The notes: generated by a model from the sequence alone, not told the origin. DNA of 64,000 nucleotides from an uncultured Actinomycetes bacterium (GCA_963833835.1 CAWHZI010000004.1:273040-337039), one strand, 5' to 3'. Counted from the first letter of the stretch, positions 48,471-58,256 are shown. A program made the numbers and translations.

Positions 48471-49142
48471 GTGACCGACAGTAGCCTTCAGGCCCTTTCC
48501 GACGCTCAGCTCCTCGAGCGCCACCTCGAAGGCGATACCGAAGCCTTCGGGCTACTGTTCCTGCGGCACCGGGACCGGTTGTGGGCGGTCGCACTGCGGA
48601 CGCTGTGCGACCCGGAGGAAGCGGCCGACGCCCTGCAGGAAGCGATGATCTCGGCGTTCCGCCGGGCGGGCGACTTCCGGGGCGACTCGGCCGTGACCAC
48701 CTGGCTGCACCGCATCGTGGTCAACGCCTCGCTGGACCGGCTGCGCCGCAAGGCCGCCCACGCGGCCAGCTCGGTCGGGGACGAGGGCACCCTCGACCTG
48801 CTGGCCGCCCAGGGCCCCGCGCCCGCCACCATCGACCCGGCCAGCCTCAGGGACACGACCCTGGATGTGGAGGCCGCACTGCGGCTCATCCCACCGGAGC
48901 AGCGGGCCGCGCTGGTCCTGGTCGACATGCTCGGGTACCCGGTGGCCGACGCCGCCGCGGTGCTGGAGATCTCGGTCGGGACGGTCAAGAGCCGGTGTGC
49001 CCGCGGCCGGGCCCGGCTGCTGCCGCACCTGGAGCACCTACGCGGGCGGGGTCTGGACCGCGGTCTTGGCGCAGAAGACGGAAATTCACGGAACCGTACC
49101 GCCACCGGCAGCGTCTCACCTGGGCAGGGAGGAGATGGATGA
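48471..49142 (+). CDS. sigM: ECF sigma factor (SigM-type by synteny)
   Basis: Region 2 (AMISAFRRAGDFRGDSAVTTWLHRIVVNASLDRLRR) and region 4 (VLEISVGTVKSRCARGRARL). Located upstream of trxB-trxA. Confidence 0.85.
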   Translation: MTDSSLQALSDAQLLERHLEGDTEAFGLLFLRHRDRLWAVALRTLCDPEEAADALQEAMISAFRRAGDFRGDSAVTTWLHRIVVNASLDRLRRKAAHAASSVGDEGTLDLLAAQGPAPATIDPASLRDTTLDVEAALRLIPPEQRAALVLVDMLGYPVADAAAVLEISVGTVKSRCARGRARLLPHLEHLRGRGLDRGLGAEDGNSRNRTATGSVSPGQGGDG

Positions 49143-50074
49143 AGCGTCATTCGGCGCATGTGGACGCCAACGTCCTGGCTGAGCTCAGCGCAGGACTGAT
49201 CAGCGGCAAGCGCGCAACCCGGATTCACGCCCACCTGGCGGGCTGCCAGCAGTGTGCGCGGCTGAGCGCGGGACTGACCGAGATCGCCGCCCTGCTGGCC
49301 TCGGTGCCTTCGCCGGCCATGCCGGAGTCGGTGACCAGGCAGCTGCAGGCGACGCTGACCCGGGAAGCGGCCGAGCGGTCCGCGCGGGTGACCGCGCCAG
49401 CCCAGGCCACCAGCGGTGGCGGATCAGATCGCGTGCTGCCTTTCCGCAGCGGCCCCGCCCGTGCTGGCACCGCCCGGGGCAACACGGTTGGAGATCGGCG
49501 AGGCTTCACCGGACCGGTGGCGGCGCGCGTTTTCGCCGCTGCGGCCGCGGCCTGTGTGGTGGCGGCGGGCGGCTACACGGTGGCCCAGCTCACCTCGGGC
49601 GGCTCGACGCCCTCCTCTGGCCACAATCAGGCGGGAGCAGTGGCGGGCTCGGGCGCGAGCAGCAGGCCCGCGGCGCTGCCCTTCATCGGCCTGACCCCGG
49701 CCCACGGGTCGGGCGGGGCGAACGTCCTGTCGTTCAAGGTGACCAACAGCGGCATCGAGTACCAGTCCGCGACCCTCAGCGCGCAGATCAAGGCCGAGCT
49801 GGGCCACGCGGCCGCGCTCGGGCCGGCCCGGTCGTCCGGAGCCAAGTTCCTGCACGCCCCCAGTGCCCAGCAGTACGCCTGCGTCATGGACGTGACCGGC
49901 GACATCGAGCCCGCGATGGTGGATTCGGCCCGCTACGACGGCAGCCCGGCCACCATCATCGCCCTGGCCCACGTGGGAAATCAGCTCGGTCAGGCCTGGG
50001 TGGTGGGGCCGTCCTGCTCGGCCGATAACCCCGACATCCTGACTTACGTGAAGCTGCCCACATCCGGCGGCTGA
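49139..50074 (+). CDS. Anti-sigma factor (zf-HC2, single TM)
   Basis: ATG 49139 overlaps the sigM stop (ATGA). H-x3-C-x2-C (HLAGCQQC). TM AAAAAACVVAAGGYTV. Confidence 0.75.
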   Translation: MKRHSAHVDANVLAELSAGLISGKRATRIHAHLAGCQQCARLSAGLTEIAALLASVPSPAMPESVTRQLQATLTREAAERSARVTAPAQATSGGGSDRVLPFRSGPARAGTARGNTVGDRRGFTGPVAARVFAAAAAACVVAAGGYTVAQLTSGGSTPSSGHNQAGAVAGSGASSRPAALPFIGLTPAHGSGGANVLSFKVTNSGIEYQSATLSAQIKAELGHAAALGPARSSGAKFLHAPSAQQYACVMDVTGDIEPAMVDSARYDGSPATIIALAHVGNQLGQAWVVGPSCSADNPDILTYVKLPTSGG

Positions 50075-50158
50075 CCGGCTTCTTCTCCCTGCTGCCTGCG
50101 GGAATCAAAGCACCCTAGGATCGGTTGAATCCCGTGCAGTCAAGGAAGGGCAGCAAGA

Positions 50159-51091
50159 ATGACCGCCGTGCGCAACGTCATCATCATCGGATCCGGTCCG
50201 TCCGGATACACCGCCGCGGTCTACGCGGCGCGCGCGCGGCTTGAGCCGCTCCTGTTCGAGGGCTCAGTGACCGCAGGCGGCGCGCTGATGCAGACCACGG
50301 ACGTGGAGAACTTCCCTGGCTTCCCCGACGGCGTCCTCGGCCCCGAGCTGATGGAATCGCTGCGGAAGCAGGCCGAGCGGTTCGGCGCGGAGCTCGTCAC
50401 CGACGATGTGGTGTCGGTCGACCTCACCGCCAATCCCAAGGTCGTGCGGACCACCGACGAGACCTACCTGGCCAAGTCGGTCATCATCGCCACCGGCTCG
50501 CGCTATCGCGAGCTGACCATCCCCGGCGAGAAGAAGCTCTCCGGGCACGGGGTTTCCTGGTGTGCCACCTGTGACGGTTTCTTCTTCCGTGAGCAGGACA
50601 TCGCGGTCGTCGGCGGCGGTGACTCGGCCATGGAGGAAGCCACCTTCCTCACCCGGTTCGCCAAGTCGGTCACCGTCGTCCACCGGCGGGACACGCTCCG
50701 CGCGTCCAGGATCATGCAGGACCGGGCCTTCGACAACCCGAAGGTCAAGTTCCAGTGGGACAGCGAGCCGATTGAGGCGATCGGTGACACCAAGCTGACC
50801 GGCCTGAAGGTGCGCAACGTCAAGACGGGCGCCGAAAGCGTGCTGCCGGTCAGCGGCCTGTTCATCGCCATCGGCCACGACCCGCGCAGCGAGCTGTTCA
50901 CCGGCCAGCTGGACATCGACGCAGAAGGCTACCTGCAGGTCCAGAGTCCCACCACTCAGACCAAAATCGACGGTGTGTTCGCCTGCGGCGACGTGGTCGA
51001 CCACATCTATCGGCAGGCGGTCACCGCCGCCGGGTCCGGATGCGCCGCCGCCATCGACGCGGAGCGCTGGCTGGCCAGCCAGGAAGACTGA
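50159..51091 (+). CDS. trxB: Thioredoxin-disulfide reductase
   Basis: [13 protein letters not shown], redox [16 protein letters not shown]. Confidence 0.95.
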   Translation: MTAVRNVIIIGSGPSGYTAAVYAARARLEPLLFEGSVTAGGALMQTTDVENFPGFPDGVLGPELMESLRKQAERFGAELVTDDVVSVDLTANPKVVRTTDETYLAKSVIIATGSRYRELTIPGEKKLSGHGVSWCATCDGFFFREQDIAVVGGGDSAMEEATFLTRFAKSVTVVHRRDTLRASRIMQDRAFDNPKVKFQWDSEPIEAIGDTKLTGLKVRNVKTGAESVLPVSGLFIAIGHDPRSELFTGQLDIDAEGYLQVQSPTTQTKIDGVFACGDVVDHIYRQAVTAAGSGCAAAIDAERWLASQED

Positions 51092-51136
51092 TTTCCACCA
51101 TCATCGATCGATCGAGAACGAGGGAAGTGAACGTTC

Positions 51137-51460
51137 GTGGGCGCGACCAAGGTAGTCACCGAGGCAACCTTCGACCAGGAAGTCCTGAAGAGCGACAAGC
51201 CGGTAGTCGTTGACTACTGGGCTGAGTGGTGCGGCCCCTGCCGCATGGTCGCTCCGGTCCTGGAGGAGATCGCGTCTGAGAACGCGGAGAAGATCCAGGT
51301 CGTCAAGCTCAACATCGACGAGAACCCGACCATCGCCCAGAAGTACGGCATCATGGCCATCCCGACCATGAACGTGTTCTCTGGGGGCCAGGTGGTCAAG
51401 CAGATCGTCGGGGCCAAGCCCAAGTCGGCCATGCTCAAGGAGCTCGCTGAGTTTCTGTAA
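51137..51460 (+). CDS. trxA: Thioredoxin
   Basis: WAEWCGPCR active site. 107 aa. GTG start. Confidence 0.95.
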   Translation: MGATKVVTEATFDQEVLKSDKPVVVDYWAEWCGPCRMVAPVLEEIASENAEKIQVVKLNIDENPTIAQKYGIMAIPTMNVFSGGQVVKQIVGAKPKSAMLKELAEFL

Positions 51461-51819
51461 GCAGTCCGCCGGCGTAGGGAGCCGGGGACCCGCTTCGGCG
51501 GCGCCTGATCCGGGTGTTGGTAACAACAGCCCGGTACGGGGGTGTGACTCTGGGGGGACACCCCCCAGACCCCCCGAGGCGCCGCCTACGGGGCACCCTC
51601 GGCTCCCTTTTGCATGTCCGGGGTTTCCTTCCGCCTCAGCATTGCTGGAGGGTGCCGAGCTTGCTTGGCGGCTTGGAGGGGCACGTTTCTCCCCGCGTTA
51701 CAGGACCTCGCGAGTCTCACGGGGCCGCGGCTCTGGCCACCCACAACCCCGGAGCCCCTGCAACCTCAGATGGTGCCCAGCCACGCACGCCTCACGGGCC
51801 TCACGAGGACCTCTGGGGG

Positions 51820-52485
51820 TTAGGCGGGGTGGAGGATGCTTTCTGGGGCGCGGGTGGGGGTCATGGACCCTAGGAGGCGTTCCAGGGCCACCTCGACGTC
51901 TTCGCGCCAGGACATGGCGGTCTTGAGCTCCAGGCGCAGCCGCGGGTAGTGGTGGTGCGGGCGCACCGTCTTGAATCCCACCGCGAGCAGATAATCAGCC
52001 GGGAGCACACATGCATTCGGCTCCCAGTTATGCACGCCGAACGCCTCGATGGCCTTTACCCCGCGCCGGGTGAGGTCTTTCGCCATATTCTGCACCAGCA
52101 TGCGGCCAAGGCCACCGCCTGCGAATTCGGTCAGCACATGGGCGGTCATGAGCAAAACCGCGTCCCCGCTGACCGGGCTGGTCGGGAAGGCCACCGAACG
52201 CGGCACGTAAGGCGGCGGCGCGTAGAGCGCATAGGCGGCCGGGGCCCCGTCGACGTAGGCGATTTTCCCGCAGCTACCCCACTCGAGCAGCACAGACGAG
52301 ACCCAGGACTCTTTCTCCAGGCCCGGTTCCCCCGCCTCGGCGGCCCGGGCTCCGCCGATCGGATCCAGCTCCCAGAAAACGCACGCCCGGCATCTGGGCG
52401 GCAGATCGTCCAGGTTGTCCAGGGTGATATTCACGAGTCGGCGCGACACTTTGCTCCCAGAGTCTCGCATGCCCTCAATGGGCAT
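51820..52485 (-). CDS. GNAT-family N-acetyltransferase
   Basis: ORF 51820..52887 trimmed. Candidate starts are ATG 52485, ATG 52470 and GTG 52449. Acetyl-CoA pocket-like GGGLGRMLVQNMAKDLTRRG. Confidence 0.6.
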   Translation of the reverse strand: MPIEGMRDSGSKVSRRLVNITLDNLDDLPPRCRACVFWELDPIGGARAAEAGEPGLEKESWVSSVLLEWGSCGKIAYVDGAPAAYALYAPPPYVPRSVAFPTSPVSGDAVLLMTAHVLTEFAGGGLGRMLVQNMAKDLTRRGVKAIEAFGVHNWEPNACVLPADYLLAVGFKTVRPHHHYPRLRLELKTAMSWREDVEVALERLLGSMTPTRAPESILHPA

Positions 52486-52570
52486 GTGCGCGTTAGACGC
52501 GAGCTTCACACTTCGGCACTGTGCTCCCGGCCCTATGCTGGCATGATACCGATCGTTGGGAGACGAGGCC

Positions 52571-53896
52571 ATGAGCGAAGGCGCACGGCAAGCGAATTCC
52601 CGGGTGCATGGATCCCGGATTGATCCGTATTTCGACCAGTATGCCGAGCGAGCTCGCGGCATGGTCGCCTCGGAGATTCGCGCCCTGTTCGCCGTAACCG
52701 CCCGGCCGGAGATCGTCTCCCTGGCCGGCGGGTCGCCGTACGTTTCGGCCCTGCCCCTCGAGGCCGTCGGTGAGATGGTGGGCCGCCTGGTCGCCGAGCA
52801 AGGCGCCGCCGCACTGCAGTACTGCACCGCCCAGGGCGACGCCGGCCTGCGCGAGAGGATCTGCGAGGTCATGTCCCTGGAGGGCATCCGCGCTCACCCC
52901 GACGACGTGGTCGTGACGGTGGGCTCGCAGCAGGCCCTGGACCTGATCACCCGGATCTTCGTCGACCCGGGCGACGTCATCCTGGCCGAGGCCCCCTCCT
53001 ACGTGGGCGCGCTCGGCTCGTTCGCGGCGTTCCAGGCCGACGTGGTGCACGTGGCCATGGACGAGCACGGGCTCATCCCCGAGGCGCTAGAGCAGGCCAT
53101 TGCCCGGGTGACCGCGTCCGGCCGCCGGATCAAGTTCCTCTATACGGTGCCGAATCACCACAACCCGGCCGGGGTGACGCTGTCGGCCGAGCGGCGGCCG
53201 CGGATCCTGCAGATCTGCCAGTCCGCCGGGGTGCTGATCCTCGAGGACAACCCGTACGGGCTGCTCGGCTTCGACGGCGAGCCGTTGCGGGCGCTACGGG
53301 CCGACGACGCCGAAGGGGTCGTCTACCTGGGCACCTTCTCCAAGACGTTCGCCTCTGGCGTCCGGGTCGGCTGGGCTGCGGCCCCGCCCGCGATCCGCGA
53401 CAAGCTCATCCTGGCCGCGGAGTCGGCTGTGCTGTGCCACCCCATGTTCTCTCAGCTGGCCGTGCGCGAGTACTTCGAGACTCAGCCGTGGCAGGAGCAG
53501 ATCAAGGACTTCCGCGAGCTGTACCGGCAGCGGCGAGACGCGATGCTGGAGTCGCTCGACGCCCAGATGCCCAACGGCTGCCACTGGACCGTCCCGGCCG
53601 GCGGCTTCTACGTCTGGCTGCAGCTGCCCGAAGGCGTCCATTCCAAGGCGATGCTGCCCCGCGCGGTGTCGTCGCGGGTGGCTTACGTGCCCGGCACCGG
53701 GTTCTACGCCGACGGCGGCGGCTCCGACCACCTGCGGCTGTCGTACTGCTTCCCCGAACCGGACCGGATCCGCGAGGGTGTGCGGCGGCTGGCCTCGGTG
53801 ATCGAGGCGGAGATCGACCTGAACGCCACGTTTGGCGGCGCAGCACCCGCACCCCACCGATCGGGTGCGGAAACCCCCGGTCCCGGCGACCTGTAA
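52571..53896 (+). CDS. PLP-dependent aminotransferase (class I/II, ARO8/LysN-like)
   Basis: SEIRALF.., NPAGVT, and the PLP-Lys region GTFSKTFASGVRVGW. Confidence 0.8.
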   Translation: MSEGARQANSRVHGSRIDPYFDQYAERARGMVASEIRALFAVTARPEIVSLAGGSPYVSALPLEAVGEMVGRLVAEQGAAALQYCTAQGDAGLRERICEVMSLEGIRAHPDDVVVTVGSQQALDLITRIFVDPGDVILAEAPSYVGALGSFAAFQADVVHVAMDEHGLIPEALEQAIARVTASGRRIKFLYTVPNHHNPAGVTLSAERRPRILQICQSAGVLILEDNPYGLLGFDGEPLRALRADDAEGVVYLGTFSKTFASGVRVGWAAAPPAIRDKLILAAESAVLCHPMFSQLAVREYFETQPWQEQIKDFRELYRQRRDAMLESLDAQMPNGCHWTVPAGGFYVWLQLPEGVHSKAMLPRAVSSRVAYVPGTGFYADGGGSDHLRLSYCFPEPDRIREGVRRLASVIEAEIDLNATFGGAAPAPHRSGAETPGPGDL

Positions 53897-53909
53897 ACGG
53901 CGGCATGAC

Positions 53910-54866
53910 GTGACTGAACTCGACCAGGTAATAGTGCTCGCGGGTGGCCTCTCCCCGGAGCGGGACGTTTCGCTTCGCTCCGGGCGGCGGGTCCGCGACG
54001 CGCTGGAGGAAGCCGGCGTCGACGCGCGGATCGCCGACGCCGACGCCGGGCTGATCCCGGCCCTGCTGGCCGACCCGCCCTCGGCAGTCTTCCCGGTCAT
54101 CCACGGCTCCTACGGCGAAGACGGGGCCATCCGGGAGATCCTCGACCTGGTGGGCGTGCCCTACGTCGGCTCGGTGGCCAGCGCCTGCCGTGGGGCGTTC
54201 GACAAGCCCACGGCCAAAGCCCTGGTCGCGGCGTCCGGGATCGCCACCCCGGACTCGGTCGCCCTGCCGCGGGAGATCTTCCACGACCTCGGGGCCACCG
54301 CGGTGATCGACCGCATCATCACCCGGCTCGGCCTGCCGCTGTTCGTCAAGCCGGCCCGCGGCGGCTCCTCACTCGGCGCCAGCCCGGTGCGTACCGCCGC
54401 CGAGCTGCCCACCGCCATCGTGAGCTGCTTCGCCTACGGCGACACCGCGCTGGTGGAGCGGTTGATCGAGGGCACTGAGATCGCCGTCACCGTCGTCGAT
54501 CTGGGCGACGGGCCCCGCCCGCTGCCCGCCGTCGAGATCGTCCCCGGCGGCACTGGGCAGTACGACTACACGGCCCGCTACACCGCAGGCCAGACCGAGT
54601 TCTACGCCCCAGCCCGGCTCCCCGACGCCGCCGCCGACGCCGCGGCCAAGGCGGCTATGCAGGCCCACTCGGCCTTGGGCCTGCGGGACATCTCCCGTAC
54701 CGACATGATCGTCAGCGACACGGGCGAGGTCTACTTCCTCGAGGTCAACGTCTCCCCGGGCATGACCGAGACCAGCACCCTGCCGATGGCCCTGGACGCC
54801 GCTGGCTACGCCTTCGGCCCCGCCTGCCACACCCTCCTCACCCTGGCCGCCGACCGCCGCCACTGA
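53910..54866 (+). CDS. ddl: D-alanine--D-alanine ligase (ATP-grasp)
   Basis: GTG 53910. VLAGGLSPERDVSLRSG, HGSYGEDGAIREILDLVGVPYVGS, FVKPARGGSSLG, EVNVSPGMTETS. Confidence 0.8.
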   Translation: MTELDQVIVLAGGLSPERDVSLRSGRRVRDALEEAGVDARIADADAGLIPALLADPPSAVFPVIHGSYGEDGAIREILDLVGVPYVGSVASACRGAFDKPTAKALVAASGIATPDSVALPREIFHDLGATAVIDRIITRLGLPLFVKPARGGSSLGASPVRTAAELPTAIVSCFAYGDTALVERLIEGTEIAVTVVDLGDGPRPLPAVEIVPGGTGQYDYTARYTAGQTEFYAPARLPDAAADAAAKAAMQAHSALGLRDISRTDMIVSDTGEVYFLEVNVSPGMTETSTLPMALDAAGYAFGPACHTLLTLAADRRH

Positions 54867-55153
54867 CCCTGACCAAGGTTCCTGGCCGGTCTTTGACTGA
54901 TACTCAGCTGGCCTTTGGCGCCCCTGGGTCGTTCGATCCTCGGCTTGGCCTGGCCTGATCGCAGGCCGGTCCCCGGCCGGTCCTCAACTGGTTCCTGCCT
55001 CAGGGCCGGGTCGGCTCACCGCCGCACCCGCTTCCGCTCGGCTCGCCTTGCCCGGGCGCCCATCTACAGCCCCCGTCACCTCACCCTTCGCGCGCTCTCC
55101 GGCCCGGCTCGCCCACCTGACGCACGCCCCACCCTGCGCAATAGGTTGGAGGC

Positions 55154-56188
55154 ATGGCTGAGCACAAGAGTTTCGGAAGTGACAACCACGCTGGGGCGCA
55201 CCAGGCCGTCGTCGACGCCGTCATCGCCGCGAACACTGGTGACGCGACGGCGTACGGCGAGGACGAGTGGACCCGCCAAGCCACGGCCAAGTTGCGCGAG
55301 CTGTTCCAGGCCGAGGGCGACGTGTTCTTCGTGTTCAACGGCAGCGCCGCGAACATCCTGGGACTCAGCCTCTTGCTCCGGCGGTACGAGGCAGTGATCT
55401 GCGCCGAGTCCGCGCACATTCACACCGACGAATGCGGTGCCGCCGAGCAGGTTCTCGGCACGAAGCTGCTCACGGTCCCGTCTCCCGACGGCAAGATCAC
55501 CCCGGCCGGAATCGCACGGCACCTGCGCGGCCGAGGCGACGAACATCATGCTCAGCCGGGGGCCGTGGCCATCACCCAGAGCACGGAGCTGGGGACCTGC
55601 TACTCGCTGGCGGAGCTACGTGCGATCGGTGAGTTCTGCCACGCCAACGATCTGAAGCTGTTCATCGACGGCGCTCGTCTGGCCAACGCCGCGGCCCATC
55701 TGGGCTGCTCCCTGGCCGATCTGGCCGAGCACGCCGACGTACTCAGCTTCGGCGGTACCAAGAACGGCGCCCTCGGGGCCGAGGCTGTCGTGGTGATGAG
55801 CCCCGGACTCGTGGCCGACGCCAAGTATCTGCGTAAGCAGCAGCTGCAATTGGCCTCAAAGATGCGCTTCCTGTCGGCTCAGTTCCTGGCCCTGCTGGAC
55901 CACGACCTGTGGCGGCAGAGCGCCTCACACGCCAACGCGATGGCGGAGCGGCTCGCCGAAGGGATCCGGGACCTACCTGGCGTCGAGCTGACCCACCCCG
56001 CCCAGTCCGACGCCGTGTTCGCCCGCCTGGATCCCCAGCACATCGAGACCCTCCAGCGCGAGTGGTACTTCTACGTCTGGGACGAAGAGACCTCTGTCGT
56101 CCGCTGGATGACTGCCTTTGACACCACCGAATCCGACGTCGATCAGTTCGTCGCCAGCATCGCCCAGGTGACAGGCGCCGTACAGTAA
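55154..56188 (+). CDS. Low-specificity threonine aldolase / beta-eliminating lyase family (PLP)
   Basis: SDNHAGAHQAV, FNGSAANILG, and the PLP-Lys region SFGGTKNGA. Confidence 0.8.
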   Translation: MAEHKSFGSDNHAGAHQAVVDAVIAANTGDATAYGEDEWTRQATAKLRELFQAEGDVFFVFNGSAANILGLSLLLRRYEAVICAESAHIHTDECGAAEQVLGTKLLTVPSPDGKITPAGIARHLRGRGDEHHAQPGAVAITQSTELGTCYSLAELRAIGEFCHANDLKLFIDGARLANAAAHLGCSLADLAEHADVLSFGGTKNGALGAEAVVVMSPGLVADAKYLRKQQLQLASKMRFLSAQFLALLDHDLWRQSASHANAMAERLAEGIRDLPGVELTHPAQSDAVFARLDPQHIETLQREWYFYVWDEETSVVRWMTAFDTTESDVDQFVASIAQVTGAVQ

Positions 56189-56272
56189 CTGCTGGTCTTG
56201 CGGCAGCTTCCGGTCCTGGCGGCTGAAGGTCGTCGCGCTCGCTTACGGCCGAAGTGCGGCCCGCGGTCGCGA

Positions 56273-56288
56273 TGTTTCACGTGGAACC
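56273..56288. promoter_or_regulatory. parS site (TGTTTCACGTGGAACC)
   Basis: Matches the 16-mer parS consensus tGTTtCACGTGAAACa in 14/16 positions. Confidence 0.8.
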
Positions 56289-56312
56289 AGGACTCTCCTG
56301 CTCGCTTGTCGG

Positions 56313-56328
56313 TGTTCCACGTGAAACA
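56313..56328. promoter_or_regulatory. parS site (TGTTCCACGTGAAACA)
   Basis: Identical to the B. subtilis-type consensus. Forms a 17-bp inverted repeat with the site at 56273. Confidence 0.85.
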
Positions 56329-56483
56329 TCGTCGTCTCGCTAGGTTCCAGAGCCTGGCATCACCATCACCACGCCCCCTGGACTACCAGTCGGGATATCA
56401 ACCGGCGTGACGCCTTGAACTGTCGGCCGGGCTAGCTTGCCCCCGGCAAGACGGCGCTGGGAGTATCCGGATAGCTTGAGCCG

Positions 56484-57153
56484 GTGATCATCTGGATCAA
56501 CGGCGGGTTCGGCGCGGGCAAGACCACGCTCGCGGGGAACTGCGGCGGCGACTCCCGGACGCGGTCGTCTACGACCCGGAAGATGTCGGCCTCATGCTCT
56601 GGAAGTGGATGCCGCCCAACGGCGATTTTCAGCACCTGCCGAGCTGGCGGGAACTGACCGTCGCAACGGCACTGTCGCAACGGCACTGTCGCTGCGCAGG
56701 CACCACGCGGACACGCTCACCGTCCCGATGTCGCTGATCCGCGACGCCTACCGGACCAAGATCCTCGGCGGCTTGGCCGACGCGGGCGAGGACGTCCTGC
56801 ACGTGTTCCTGGAAGCCGACGCCGGGGTACTCCGGGAACGGCTCAATGCCCGTGTGACCAGCCCTGGCCGGGACTGGGACCAGGCCGCGCGCAAGCTCGG
56901 CCTGACCGGCGTGGATGAGATGGTCACCGCCGCTACCCGCCAGCCGGCCGGGACACTCTTGCTCCGCTCAGACAAGCTCACCTCGGCCGAGCTAGCCGAC
57001 GAAGTGCTGGCCACAGCCCACCTGCGCCAGGATCACGCAGACAGGAAGCGGATACGCCAGGCCAGAACGCTGGACTCTGAAGAAACCCAGGGCGTATCCC
57101 CAACCATGCGAGCTGGTCCGTGGCACATACAAGTGGAGCCAGACACGTGCTGA
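56484..57153 (+). pseudogene. P-loop kinase-like (TmrB/AAA-type small ATPase) pseudogene
   Basis: Walker A INGGFGAGKTT. The frame is lost in the G-run at 56534-56537. Reading continues in +1 (ELRRRLPDAVVYDPEDVGLMLWKWMPPNGDFQHLPSWRELTVATALS), is broken again by the 14-bp duplication, and resumes in ORF 56605..57153. Confidence 0.7.
56661..56688. repeat. Perfect 14-bp tandem duplication (TCGCAACGGCACTG x2)
   Basis: 56661-56674 equals 56675-56688. Shifts the frame of the kinase-like gene. Confidence 0.95.
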
Positions 57154-57457
57154 GAACTCATCCGGAAGGCGATCTCATCAACGTTCAGAGCCAACCGCGT
57201 CGATTTCTAGGGCAGCGTTGCTACCGCCGGACCCTCTGGCGCGGTATTGGTGCGGGACAACCCAAATCGGCGTGTGGGCCGACCATCGGCAAATGTGGGT
57301 CGGGGTCGCGCGATGCCTACTCCGGGCGCCGAAGTTACTGGCACTGGCGCTAAGCCTTCACCCGGTCTGTCCGGTCAGCGGCAGTCACGGGACGCTCATC
57401 GAGCAGTCAGCGGCTTGCGTACGTCGACCAGGAGGGCGTGGCCGACGGCGTTCCGCG

Positions 57458-58225
57458 TCAAGAATGCTGCCGTCGGTCTGCCGCGGTCCGTGTTTGGCGC
57501 GTAGGGCTTTCAGGTAACGGGCCGGCCTTGAGCGCTGGTCCGTGTGCTTCCATCCAGTGGACCATCTCCGCGAAGATAGCCGCCCCCTGGTCCCGGCCGT
57601 GCCGGGCGTGGTCGGACCGGGCTCGGCGGAAGCGTGCTGTGATTTCGTCGGTCACGGCTGCGAGCGTGAACTGGCCGTACGTCTCGCACATCAGCCGCAC
57701 TTTACGGGCCTGCTCGGCTACCTCGACTTCGCCTTCACAGACGTCGGCGCAGCACCAGACCGCATGGGCGAAGTCGACCAACCGCCGACCGGGGGCGACG
57801 CCCTCGTCCCAGTCAATGATGCCGACTGCCTTGTCGCCGTCGAAGACGATGTTGTGTGGCCCCAGATCGTTGTGGGCAACGATCTCCTGCCCCTGGGCCA
57901 GCGCGGTGCCCGCGGTGGCGTCGTGGAAGCGCCGGATCAACCGGCTCGCACTGATGATCCGCTCGTCGGACATGCGGACGGGTGAGCCGACCAGCACCTC
58001 GCCCTCGAAGTAGGTCAGGATCTCCCGGCCCTGGCCGTCGATGCCCAGAAAGCGCGGAGCACCAGCGAAGCCGACTTGCTCAAGATGTCCAAGCAGTCCG
58101 TGCACGTAGCCGGAGCGGGCGTGCAGTGGCCGCCGTACCGTGGCACCTACGCGGACCACCCCGGCGGTTTGCGCGCCACCAGCCAGCTTCTGCTCACGAT
58201 CGGAGTCTGTTCCGGCTCGTTTCAC
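57458..58225 (-). CDS. Aminoglycoside/choline-kinase-fold phosphotransferase (APH family)
   Basis: Catalytic loop HNDLGPHNIVF and IDWDE. ORF 57458..58651 trimmed to GTG 58225, the first start downstream of the parB stop, which lies inside the parS site. Start uncertain. Confidence 0.7.
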   Translation of the reverse strand: MKRAGTDSDREQKLAGGAQTAGVVRVGATVRRPLHARSGYVHGLLGHLEQVGFAGAPRFLGIDGQGREILTYFEGEVLVGSPVRMSDERIISASRLIRRFHDATAGTALAQGQEIVAHNDLGPHNIVFDGDKAVGIIDWDEGVAPGRRLVDFAHAVWCCADVCEGEVEVAEQARKVRLMCETYGQFTLAAVTDEITARFRRARSDHARHGRDQGAAIFAEMVHWMEAHGPALKAGPLPESPTRQTRTAADRRQHS

Positions 58226-58233
58226 GTGAAACA
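58218..58233. promoter_or_regulatory. parS site (CGTTTCACGTGAAACA)
   Basis: 15/16 to consensus. 23 nt downstream of the parB stop. Confidence 0.8.
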
Positions 58234-58256
58234 GGCTCAGCGAAGCTGGGCGAGGC

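Noticed and set aside
51461-51819. 360-bp GC-rich structured region after trxA (for example the perfect 9-bp stem TCTGGGGGG-ACA-CCCCCCAGA at 51549-51569 and CCGAGG..CCTCGG followed by CTCCCTTTTGC) as a novel ncRNA.
   Set aside because: It lies between convergent trxA and GNAT genes, so the hairpins are adequately explained as terminators or 3' UTR structure. There are no repeats elsewhere in the window apart from a GTGTGAC heptamer.
54940-54975. tRNA-like T-loop string GGGTCGTTCGATCCTCGG.
   Set aside because: No complementary T-stem, acceptor stem or anticodon arm can be drawn around it. No tRNA cloverleaf was found anywhere in the window by eye.
56189-58256. Integrated mobile element between the threonine aldolase gene and parB (kinase pseudogene, APH gene, lower-GC convergent spacer 57154-57457).
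   Set aside because: No integrase, transposase, tRNA target or flanking direct repeats are visible. It is treated as a decaying accessory islet rather than called a mobile element.
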